Positions 1 to 8,218 of a DNA stretch of 11,032 bases are shown here, piece by piece. The notes under the pieces were generated by a model. It had not been told where the DNA came from. It saw only the letters and a program-made list of their open reading frames with translations, and ran no database searches. The stretch is from the NCBI RefSeq assembly GCF_006345805.1, contig NW_021827178.1, positions 1-11,032 on the forward strand, written 5' to 3'. The DNA comes from Octopus sinensis (taxonomy: Eukaryota). The first letter of the stretch is position 1. Each line of letters starts with the position of its first letter. Made by a program: the position numbers and the translations under genes.

Positions 1-45
1 ATACATGTATATGTACGCATTTACGAATGTATATATCTGTATGTG

Positions 46-48
<3 letters not shown>

Positions 49-79
<31 letters not shown>

Positions 80-170
80 TACATATCAGTATGTGTATAT
101 GTACGTACGTATATATATTTTACACGCACACATACATATACCAGTGTGTGTGTGGGTGGGTGTGTGGGTG
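49..170. repeat. (AT)14 microsatellite followed by mixed CA/GT low-complexity tract
   Basis: Pure AT run at 49-76, then interrupted TA/CA/GT dinucleotides to about 170. Confidence 0.9.
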
Positions 171-551
171 TATCAGAGAATGAATTACACCTCATTGAGA
201 AACCAGCGCATGAAACGCAAATCCCTTCTGGTAATTTATTCCACCCGTCACCTCCAGCCTTCCCCACTTCCTTATCGTTCTCGCCACGAAGAAAACGCAG
301 CGAACCAAAGATTGACCTGTTATTAAGAACCTATAACAGCCACCGACGCAATTGTTCACCATCACGGCGTCATAGCTAAGTACATTAATGGTGATATAAT
401 CTAGTCGCTTATGTGCAGTGTTGCACTGTAGGAGCTCTATAACTATATTATAGTTGTACGGTGAGCTGCACACATGTTGAGTTAACCGTTGTATAAATGC
501 AAAGCGAACGACACAGAAGCAACAGAGGTGCAACACACCTGAACTATTAGT

Positions 552-612
552 AGCAACAGCAAGTGCAGCAGTAGGAGCAGCAACCTGCTGCAACAGCAGC
601 AGCTGCAGCCGC
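552..612. repeat. Degenerate CAG/CAA trinucleotide tract
   Basis: AGCAACAGCAAGTGCAGCAGTAGGAGCAGCAACC...CAACAGCAGCAGCTGCAGCCGC; no supporting exon context. Confidence 0.6.
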
Positions 613-990
613 TTAACAATGCAATTGCATTATAGCAGCATATTTGTATACGCGTGTGTGTGTGTGTCTGTGTGTGTGTGCGTATCACAAAACGTTGAAA
701 TTTAAGTTGATGCGCCATTGCTTTGTAATTTGCAACGTTGCATTGAAACGAGAAAGAAATCAGATTTTAATACGTTGTAACAGTCGTTTATGTAAGGAAA
801 CTAACTGCAAATTCTCATAGCTACCTATCAATGCATTTGCGTGAAAAATGCATGCATTTTCAAGGCTACAAACAATATAGATGAACAGATAACAAGAGAA
901 GTCATTCGATACGTATAGAGAATCGTATATACATACATACAATATTCTCACGTTGCCAAACGGCATAATAAAACTCACAGACACATACAC

Positions 991-1444
991 TTACTCTTTT
1001 ACTATTTTTACTCTTTTACTTGTTTCAGTTTATTTGACTGTGGCCATGCTGGAGCATCGCCTTTTAGTCGAGCAAATCTACCCCCCCCATGACTTATTCT
1101 TTGTAAGCCTAGTACTTATTCTATCGGTTCTCTCTTTTGCCGAACCGCTAAGTTACAGGGACGTAAACACACCAGCAGCGGTTGTCAAGCGATGTTGGGG
1201 GGGGGCAGACACAGACACACAAGCATATACACACACGTACATATACATACATACATTATATATATATATATAATATATATATATACACATATACATATAT
1301 ACGACGGGCTTCTTTCAGTTTCCGTCTACCAAATCCACTCACAAGGCTTTGGTCTGCCCGAGGCTATAGTAGAAGACACTTGCCCAAGGTACCACGCAGT
1401 GGGAACAATGTGGTTAGTAAGCAAGCTACTTACCACACAGCTAC
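991..1444 (-). mobile_element. tRNA-derived SINE family A, near full length, B-box deleted
   Basis: Reverse complement aligns along its length with 8226-8614: head TAGCTGTGTGGTAAGTAGCTTGC, internal TA/CA microsatellite at about 1207-1301, 3' end CCAGCATGGCC...TGAAACAAGTAAAAGAG with a short repeated tail at 991-1020. It lacks 11 nt covering most of the B box. Confidence 0.93.
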
Positions 1445-1699
1445 GTACATCTTCCATGTATGTATGCATGTATGTACGTAAGCATGTATATATGCATCTA
1501 TTCATTTGTTTATTAATTATGCTAGAATGACTTAGACATTTTAACCTGAGCAGGTTATTCATCCATTCAGTTCTCAAACATGATTAATAAATTTGAAATC
1601 TTCTCATACTTATAGAGTCTCACCATTAATAAGTTTGCGTTGATTGCCTACTCAAAATATTACGTACACACAATACACACCGATACGTATTTATGTGTG

Positions 1700-1880
1700 T
1701 GAAGTGAAATCGAATAAAGGAACGTCAAAAGTAAAAGTAACGAACAAGAGTACGTACACATGGAATGTATTAGTTTGACGCTCGGTAAAAAGGGTTTTTG
1801 ACGTTCTGAGCATAGCTTTTCATCAGAAAGGAAAACTGAAAAATTCAGAGAAGGTAAAATATGACCAACAGCACGTGTGT
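1700..1880 (-). mobile_element. Decayed short repeat carrying a hammerhead-like motif (Penelope pLTR-like or retrozyme-like); homologous to 4151-4380
   Basis: Shares ATGTATTAGT-T-ACGCTC (1766-1783 vs 4208-4225) and the ACGTT..GAGC..GCT.TT...CAGAAAGGAA block with 4151-4380. Boundaries are approximate. Confidence 0.6.
1796..1830 (-). ncRNA. Minimal type-I hammerhead ribozyme-like motif (probably decayed)
   Basis: Minus strand reads CTTT-CTGATGA-A-AAGC-TAT-GCTC-AGAA-CG-TC-AAAA. The CUGAUGA core is canonical and the GUC site is present, but GAAA is altered to AGAA and stem II has one mismatch. Confidence 0.55.
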
Positions 1881-2084
1881 AGTTAAAAATAAAGGTGGGA
1901 AAAGCACGAAAGTATGTTTAAAGATTTTAAAGATTATTTTATATTTGGTATATTGAATGATTTTTCGTAAAATATTACCGGTTTCTACTTGTATGTCCGT
2001 CTTAGCAAATATTATGAATTGAAAGAATGAGAAAAAGTCGGAAACTAAAAACAGGTTATTCTCATATTTTGTACATAGTTAAGA

Positions 2085-2090
<6 letters not shown>

Positions 2091-2148
<58 letters not shown>
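2091..2148. repeat. (GT)29 microsatellite, at the internal microsatellite position of a SINE-A copy
   Basis: Perfect GT run directly before the SINE-A 3' half. Confidence 0.97.
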
Positions 2149-2149
<1 letters not shown>

Positions 2150-2154
2150 GTTTG

Positions 2155-2357
2155 TGTGTCTGTGTTTGTCCCCCCAACATCGCTTGACAACCGATGCTGG
2201 TGTGTTTACATACCCGTAACTTAGCGGTTCGGCAAAAAGAGACCGATAGAATATGTACAAGGCTTACAAAGAATAAGTCCGGGGATCGATTTGCTCGACT
2301 AAAAAGGTGGTGCTCCAGCATGGCCGCAGTCAAATGACTGAAACAAGTAAAAGAGTA
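2155..2357 (+). mobile_element. SINE family A, 5'-truncated (3' half only)
   Basis: Aligns with 8408-8608 from GTGTCTGTGTTTGTCCCCC to GAAACAAGTAAAAGAGTA. No tRNA-like head upstream of the GT tract. Confidence 0.93.
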
Positions 2358-2395
2358 TTGTTTCTATTGATCACAGTGGAAGAGAGCACAATTTA

Positions 2396-2527
2396 TGTGT
2401 ATGTATGTATGTGTGTGTGTATGTGTGTGTGTATATGTGTGTATGTACGTAAGCGTGTGTGTGCGTGTGTGTGTACGTACGTGTGTGTGTGTGTATGTGT
2501 GTGTACGTACATGTGTATGTGTATGTG
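2396..2527. repeat. Interrupted (GT)n/(GTAT)n microsatellite
   Basis: Direct reading. Confidence 0.9.
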
Positions 2528-2673
2528 ATAAATGTATATACGCGAGTGTAAACGACAGAGTGTTAGACAATATGAGCAGAATTAAATGGTTTCTTGGAAG
2601 CCGAACATCAATACAATCGTCACGCAGAACTCTCATCACCAATTTCCAGATGATTATAGAAAACGGAAAGTAA

Positions 2674-2747
2674 TAGAATGGTCAGTGCGCCAGCAGAAAT
2701 ACTTTATGGTATAAATTCCGGCTCTCTACTTACTGAGTTCAAATTCT
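2674..2747 (+). mobile_element. Old, diverged head fragment of SINE family B
   Basis: TAGAATGGTCAGTGCGCCAGCAGAAATACTT..GGTAT...CTGAGTTCAAATTC aligns loosely to 3078-3148; CTGAGTTCAAATTC is identical. Confidence 0.6.
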
Positions 2748-3062
2748 AGAAGGCAACGGAAAATTGCTCCAATATTCGTCGCAAGTCTAGTCAGAGTTGC
2801 CAACAACAAGAGCGGATAGGACTGCCACGTTGCGTTGGCGAATAGACTTTGCTGTACGGTGCCGTTACTACGTATTTCTTGCTCACAGATTTAAAACTAG
2901 TTGCTTTTCTATTTACGAGATCAGCGATTGTGTGTGGCTTTAAAAGTATACACTGTGAGCAAGAGCGAGTGGCTGCTATCTCTAGTACCGCCTAGTACCG
3001 CCGAATGGATATATTACCCAGAAACCATAGGTCTATTTGGATCATTCTGTTGGTATGAATAT

Positions 3063-3295
3063 AAGGCGGCGAGCTGGCAGAACCGTTAGCACGCCGGGCG
3101 AAATGCTTAGCGGTATTTCGTCTGTCTGTACTTTCTGAGTTCAAATTCCGCCGAGGTCGGCTTTGCCTTTCATCCTTTCGGGGTCGATAAATTAAGTACC
3201 AGTTACGCACTGGGGTCGATGTAATCGACTTAATACCTATGTCTGTCCTTATTTATCTCCTCTATGTTTAGCCCCTTGTGGGTAGTAAAGAAATA
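3063..3295 (+). mobile_element. tRNA-derived SINE family B, full-length monomer
   Basis: A-box-like TGGCAGAACCG (3075-3085) and B-box-like AGTTCAAATTC (3138-3148). Positions 3112-3295 match the 184-bp units at 10463-10830. Ends AAAGAAATA running into a TA tract. Confidence 0.92.
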
Positions 3296-3655
3296 TATAT
3301 GCATTTATACGTGCATATATATATATGCACGTGTATGCGTATGCACGTGTATTTATATGCATGTGTATATGTGGATAGATAAAAGCGAACGTGAATATAT
3401 GTGTGTGTGTGTGTGTGTATCCTTGATGGTGTAAGTGTGCGTTTGTTGTGTGAATGTGTGTCTGTAAGTATTAGTGAATGCATGCGTGCATAATTGTGTG
3501 TGTGTGTGTGTGTGCAACTGAGAGTACGTGTCTGTGTTTTTGTTCGTCTGTGTGTTAGTGTATTCAGATGTGTATCAATATGTGTGTGTGTGTGTGTGTG
3601 TATTGAACGAGTGGGCTCGTGTGTGCGTGTGCGAGTATGTGCTTGCGCGCATGCG
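3296..3655. repeat. Compound TA/GT microsatellite-derived low-complexity region
   Basis: Several interrupted TA and GT runs. Confidence 0.85.
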
Positions 3656-3801
3656 CGTTTTGCGTATCGTATTTGCCGGTATCGATCGATAAGTGATCAC
3701 AGTGACTGACATCAAACATGGCTACGTGATCCATCATTTTATCACAGAATATTGACATCTGGACACCTGTGGATTGTGGAAATGGTGGTTGCGGCGGTGG
3801 C

Positions 3802-3846
3802 GGTGGTGGTGGTGGTGGTGGTGGTGGTGGTGGTGGTGGTGGTGGT
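3802..3846. repeat. (GGT)15 microsatellite with degenerate GGT/GTT flanks
   Basis: 15 perfect GGT units; degenerate extension over about 3783-3935. Confidence 0.95.
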
Positions 3847-4060
3847 GCTAGCGCTGGTGGTGCTGATACTGGTGATAATTGAGCAAGGTGGAGGTGGTAG
3901 TAGCGTTAGTTGTGGTGATGGTAATATTGTTGTTGATACACCAATGTGTGTATATATTCACGTGTACATAGAAAATATAGTAGTTTTGGTGATAGAAATA
4001 GGAAAATAGAACAAGAAAATGTGATATTATTAATCGGCAGAAGTTGCAGACTGACTGAAT

Positions 4061-4106
4061 ATATGTGTGTGTGTGTATGTGTGTGTGTGTGTATGTATAT
4101 ATATAT

Positions 4107-4150
<44 letters not shown>
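4061..4150. repeat. (GT)n-(TA)n compound microsatellite
   Basis: Direct reading; abuts the left end of the 4151-4380 element. Confidence 0.95.
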
Positions 4151-4153
<3 letters not shown>

Positions 4154-4380
4154 AGAGTTTACGAAAAAAACAAAGGACGAAGACAAGTGGTGTACAAAAC
4201 AAACAGATGTATTAGTATAACGCTCAGGAATAGAAAAAGTCTTTTACGTTTCGAGCCTACGCTCTTCTACAGAAAGGAACACAGAAAGAAATAAAGGAGA
4301 GAAACAAGGAGAGAAAAAAAGGAGAAAAAATGGAGAGAGAAAAAAAAGTGTGTGTAGTGGCTAACGATCTATCATGGCGA
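4151..4380 (-). mobile_element. Short hammerhead-bearing repeat (Penelope pLTR-like or retrozyme-like) embedded between TA tracts
   Basis: Complex sequence with (TA)n on both sides, a homologue at 1700-1880, and a hammerhead-like motif at 4241-4276. Confidence 0.7.
4241..4276 (-). ncRNA. Minimal type-I hammerhead ribozyme-like motif
   Basis: Minus strand reads CTTT-CTGTAGA-A-GAGC-GTAG-GCTC-GAAA-CG-TA-AAAG. Stem I is CTTT/AAAG, stem II is GAGC/GCTC, and palindromic ACGT replaces stem III, with a GUA site. The core deviates at A6 (U). Confidence 0.65.
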
Positions 4381-4385
4381 CTGGA

Positions 4386-4397
4386 TATATATATATA

Positions 4398-4452
<55 letters not shown>

Positions 4453-4479
4453 ATATGTATGTATATATATTATATATAT
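4386..4479. repeat. (TA)n-(GT)n-(TA)n compound microsatellite
   Basis: Direct reading. Confidence 0.95.
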
Positions 4480-4645
4480 TCTGTTGTGTCTGGGGAGAGT
4501 CATTCTCTTTTAGTACCTTATAATTTAACACACGCACTGGTAAATTTCCACTCATTTACCTATTTATTTTCCTAAAATTTTCGTTGCGTTTTGCAACCTT
4601 TTCAATAGTTGTTGACTCTGTCTGTTATCCAAGCTGCGTTCTTTT
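4480..4645 (-). mobile_element. Second type of short hammerhead-bearing element between microsatellites
   Basis: Complex island between microsatellites containing the motif at 4572-4608. Single copy in the window, so repeat status is inferred. Confidence 0.5.
4572..4608 (-). ncRNA. Minimal hammerhead ribozyme-like motif, U3-A8 variant
   Basis: Minus strand reads CTA-TTGAAAA-G-GTTGC-AAAAC-GCAAC-GAAA-AT-TT-TAG. Stem I is CTA/TAG, stem II is a perfect 5 bp, palindromic AATT replaces stem III, and C3-G8 is replaced by the compensatory U3-A8. Confidence 0.6.
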
Positions 4646-4675
4646 TGTTTGTTTGTGCGCATGTTTATGGGTCAG

Positions 4676-5092
4676 TGTGTGTGCACTTAGATATGCATGT
4701 ATTTATGTATAAATGTATATATGTATGTATGTGTGTATGCATGCAAGTGTATGTATGTACGTATGTATGTATATAAGTATGTATGTGCGTGCGTATGTAT
4801 ATATGTATGGGGTTTGTGACTATGTACTGTGTCTGTATGTATGGATGTGTATCTCCATATGTGTGGACGTGTGCCTCCATATGTGAAGTGAAATGTGTGT
4901 GTGTATGGTCATGTGTATCAGTCTTCATTTGCGAATGTGTGTGTATGTATTCTTGTATGTTCATATTACCTATGTACCTATCCATTTGTATGTCTCTCTG
5001 TTTACTTTCATATCCATTTACCTACATATATGTGCACACACATATACATATGTACACACACACACACACACACATACACACATGCATACATC
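4676..5092. repeat. Degenerate (GTAT)n/(GT)n then (CA)n low-complexity region
   Basis: Direct reading; source of several spurious ORFs. Confidence 0.85.
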
Positions 5093-5163
5093 TACATAAC
5101 AGCCCACTAACTATTCTACCTGTATATAAATATAAACTAAGGGTATGAGGGTATGATCATCAA

Positions 5164-5441
5164 CTACGTATATTTCCTATTTACTACTGGGGATGTTTCA
5201 TTTATGAAGACATACTCCTGTATTTGTCTGAGTGTTGGGGCCTTTGGGTTCTTCGATAAAATGCGGACGTCAAGTTGACCCAGGTTGCCTCCATGCTGGC
5301 ACTTGACATGTTGGTAGAGTATGCAAGATTGCTTTTTGTAGTCATATTGTCTGAAATGTACATTTAGTCTTTCTGCAATGCTCCTAGATGTCTCTCCAAT
5401 GTATGTCATGTTCATGTCTTTACAAGCACCTTCTATGCTAC
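5164..5441 (-). pseudogene. GIY-YIG endonuclease C-terminal fragment of a Penelope-like retroelement (5'-truncated)
   Basis: Translation SIEGACKDMNMTYIGETSRSIAERLNVH...ILYQHVKCQH...RILSK...LRQIQEYVFINETSPVVNRK* matches the PLE GIY-YIG pattern (C..YIGETxR..L..R...H, H....H, IL, R...E...I, P.xN). The first xxY motif and the RT are missing. Confidence 0.88.
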
Positions 5442-5947
5442 GATCTATGTGTGTGCTTTTATGCATCAGGTGCATAAAGGTTCTCTCAAGGTTAATAACG
5501 CAGCATTCGGTGTGGTGTTCCATCAAGACATCCATGTTAAGGTGGGTATAAAGATTGCTACTTCCATCATTTATAATTCATCTCTTTTCATTTTACTTCT
5601 AGTACAGTCACTTACTGTCTATTCGTCATTTCATAATCTACATCACGCTACCTCGTTAGCACGAGTAGGAACAAATGCAAGCTGCTAATTACACTGGTCA
5701 ACAAAGAATTTGTCCCAAGAGAAAGAATACCTGTACCTTATATGTTTTTGCACATAGAATTAAAAAGATAATGTCTATTTATCTGTATGACCCACAGTTT
5801 CTCTGTTCCATGATATTCCTCTCAGCTCCTGTTACGTGGCTAAATTTCAGTTAAGTTAATGAAATGTGAAGCTAACGGTTTAAGAAATACTCCTAATTTA
5901 AATGTTTATGAAAAGAATTGACCTAATGAAATCATAAATCTAACTAT

Positions 5948-5997
5948 CTGAGTCAATGAATCACCAAAGCTTGGCCACACTGAGTCGATGAATCACC
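5948..5997 (+). repeat. 18-bp direct repeat CTGAGTCRATGAATCACC x2 inside the Chapaev element
   Basis: Copies at 5948-5965 and 5980-5997, one mismatch, 32-bp period. Confidence 0.85.
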
Positions 5998-6074
5998 GAT
6001 GATTTGTCAGTACTGTGTTTGAAGTGTAGGCGTGCGGTTGTGTACCAAGTTCACATATTTCATTCACCTCCATA

Positions 6075-6279
6075 ATGCCAAGAAACTGTATAAACATCGT
6101 AAATAACTTTTGCTATATTTGCGGTAACTTAACATTCAAGTCACAAAGATGGTGTTTCACACCATTGATTAAAAAGTGATATGAGCATTATTCTGACTGC
6201 AAAGTGGATGACCAGGATAAAAGCTGGGCCCCCTCGTGTGTTTTGTGTAAACTGTGTCAGGCTTCTCACAGCTTAGGTC
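6075..6279 (+). pseudogene. N-terminal zinc-finger region of a Chapaev3-type transposase, disrupted
   Basis: MPRNCINIVNNFCYICGNLTFKSQRWCFTPLIKK*YEHYSDCKVDDQDKSWAP, then a frameshift to RVFCVNCVRLLTA*. FCYICG, DQDKSWAP and CxxC are motifs I recognise from this transposase family. Not in the ORF track because of the stop. Confidence 0.85.
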
Positions 6280-6686
6280 AAACATTTATTGTATAATTTA
6301 ATTACTCTGTCACGTAAAAATCATTTTCTTTAGTTCATGAGACACGAAAAAGTTCGAATTTTGTTGACCAGTGTTATTATATGTGGATAATTATGACTTG
6401 GTTGCCCTGTTCATCGCATGTTTTCACGTGATCACTAGTCAATGATCCCAAACTGCTTAAAAAAATAAACTTAAAGAATCTTTAAATCTCAAGCAGGAAG
6501 ACGAAAGTGTTTGTTGCTTTTGAACAGCTGTTAAAAAATTGTTTCAATATTCAAGCAAAACCAAGAAATTAAAGGTTAAAATAATATTCAGTACCTAGCT
6601 TATCACCTCTTGTACCAAATGTTTCATCCTGATAATCAACTACGGTTTGCAAAAGTTCCACTATCATATCAAAGTTTTCGTGAACT

Positions 6687-6754
6687 GGTTTCAGTCTCTG
6701 ACCGGAAACTCCACGGGCTTCATAGTCTCTGACCGAAAACTCTACGGGTTTCAG
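6687..6754. repeat. 31-bp tandem repeat, about 2 copies
   Basis: AGTCTCTGACCGGAAACTCCACGGGCTTCA at 6693 and AGTCTCTGACCGAAAACTCTACGGGTTTCA at 6724. Confidence 0.85.
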
Positions 6755-6780
6755 ATTCTTATTCGATATTTACCGATATG

Positions 6781-7470
6781 GTGTCTTTTAATTGTTACCA
6801 AAGGAGTGTGTGTTTAACAGGAAAAGAACGAATACAGCGACTGAATTGCACCAACAAAATTTGCCATCGATACATTACGTTTAGCTGCAAGCATTCCAAC
6901 AAAGCTGAGATGAGGATTATTACAGTTCACGGAAAATAGCTTCTTTAATTAATCTTCTGTTGAACTCTATTTCTATAACCAGCAATAACTACAGAGCAGC
7001 CATAACATTTTGATCGACATTTTTATAATGGCGTTTCGTCTTTTGCAAATTGAATTCAAAATTACTTCCATCATGTTTTAAGTATCTTTTCCTTTTAATT
7101 GGCAAGGGTTCTTGGTTAAAAAGTTGTCTCCTTAAAATCAATATTATTACAAGGATCTACTTCTACCATTTGCTTTCGATGTGTATGATCCTGAGTAGGG
7201 TCAGAGAAAAGGCCAAAATTTTTGGCCGTATGAGTAATCTATGACGAATCATTGGAGCCGGCAGCTAAACATATTAATTTAACATTAACGGAGAGAGAAA
7301 TATATTATTCTGTCCGGATTCTTTTCTACACTATCCAGATGCGATTTCATTAAATAAATATTTGCCAACGATTTTAGTTATCCACAAACTTTCCAAATGA
7401 ATTTTCTATTCTTATCTATAAGATACTTTGTCACCACGAAAAGCAAGGTTTGATGTTGCCAAATTCTCGT
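6781..7470 (-). pseudogene. Heavily decayed hAT transposase (Tip100 / ZMYM1-like type)
   Basis: Colinear motif remnants across frames: LATSNLAFRGD (7462-7430), DPTQDHTHRKQM (7202-7167, cf. DxTxDxSHxEQM), KCRSKCYGCSVVIAGYRNRVQQKIN (7023-6949, cf. CRGQxYDNAxxMxG..GVQ), VNCNNPHLSFVG (6930-6895, cf. CxxHxLNL) and FVGAIQSLYSFFS (6858-6820). Ends not found. Confidence 0.8.
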
Positions 7471-8218
7471 GCAATAGAGAATTCTGTGGGAATCACACTA
7501 TTTTTAAAATCAATAATTTCACTATTTTCTAAACGCATTCTTTAATTTGAAAATACTTCAAACCCAATATAAATATTTGTATTGACATGGCGTCTGAGGA
7601 AATTATATCTTTAAAAGATATTTTTATAAACAGCGAGGAACGTGGATTGTGATGCTAAATCGCACCTGACATAGAATTTGCTATGTGTTCTTGTTTTCTT
7701 ACATTCAAAGGTTTAGTGTTTCCTTCCTCTTTGAAAGGTGCATCTGGTTCTTGAAGGATAATCAATAATTCATATAGCACACTGATGGATTGATCTATAC
7801 TCAATGATGTCACAGTTAATGCTGGTGAGATTGTTGAAGAAAACCACCAGATGCTATTTAGCTTTCTGTTTCATGCATTTTTTTCTTTTATTCCTCCTTT
7901 CAACTGCTCTTAGTTGCATTATAAAATCTTTTGCTAACAAAGGTTCAAAAGATTTTGGCTAAAAGCAAAAGCAGACGGTCTGAATTTATCTGAATTTATC
8001 TGCATAAAACCAGTTCCTAATCATAAACTATCATAAAAATATATTGTGAAAAACTGATGCAAATATCAACGATAGGCTATACATTATATACATTGAGACA
8101 GTTGACATCATCCTCACCAGCTGCCCAGTCTTTGCCACTGCAAGATCGAGGGTCGATTATGTCATAAAAAACTTAGCAGTATAAGAAGCGATATTAGCAA
8201 ACGTAGAAGAAATTATAT

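Larger units (their letters stand above)
5692..6373 (+). mobile_element. Non-autonomous, internally deleted Chapaev3-type (CMC) DNA transposon, 682 bp
   Basis: Perfect 14-bp TIRs CACTGGTCAACAAA (5692-5705) / TTTGTTGACCAGTG (6360-6373), CAC..GTG termini, and TTA on both sides (5689-5691, 6374-6376), matching the 3-bp TWA TSD of Chapaev3. Transposase remnant inside. Confidence 0.88.

Noticed and set aside
203-232. Fourth hammerhead-like motif TTGAGAA...GAAACGC
   Set aside because: No stem II pairing, no UH site and no stem I.
552-612. Poly-Q/poly-A coding exon
   Set aside because: Short degenerate trinucleotide tract with nearby stops and no supported splice context.
2982-3001. 10-bp tandem duplications (CTAGTACCGC x2; also TCTGAATTTA x2 at 7979-8002) as transposon footprints
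   Set aside because: Indistinguishable from ordinary slippage duplications without an orthologous locus.
3802-3846. Functional G-quadruplex or transmembrane poly-Val exon
   Set aside because: Ordinary (GGT)n microsatellite with only two-tier G4 potential and no supporting context.
5-5148. Numerous ORFs rich in YI, CV, HT or poly-V
   Set aside because: They are translations of TA, GT/CA and GGT microsatellites or SINE sequence, with no domain-like content.
5442-5580. N-terminal part of ORF 5164-5535 as real protein, or GSSNLYTHL as a BED finger
   Set aside because: There is no GIY-YIG or RT similarity upstream of about 5441. The BED-like word lacks the upstream CxxC and has an in-frame stop a few codons before it.
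7211-7227. Palindrome GGCCAAAA-T-TTTTGGCC (also TGCAACGTTGCA at 731-742)
   Set aside because: Short and isolated; one lies inside a decayed transposase; compatible with chance.
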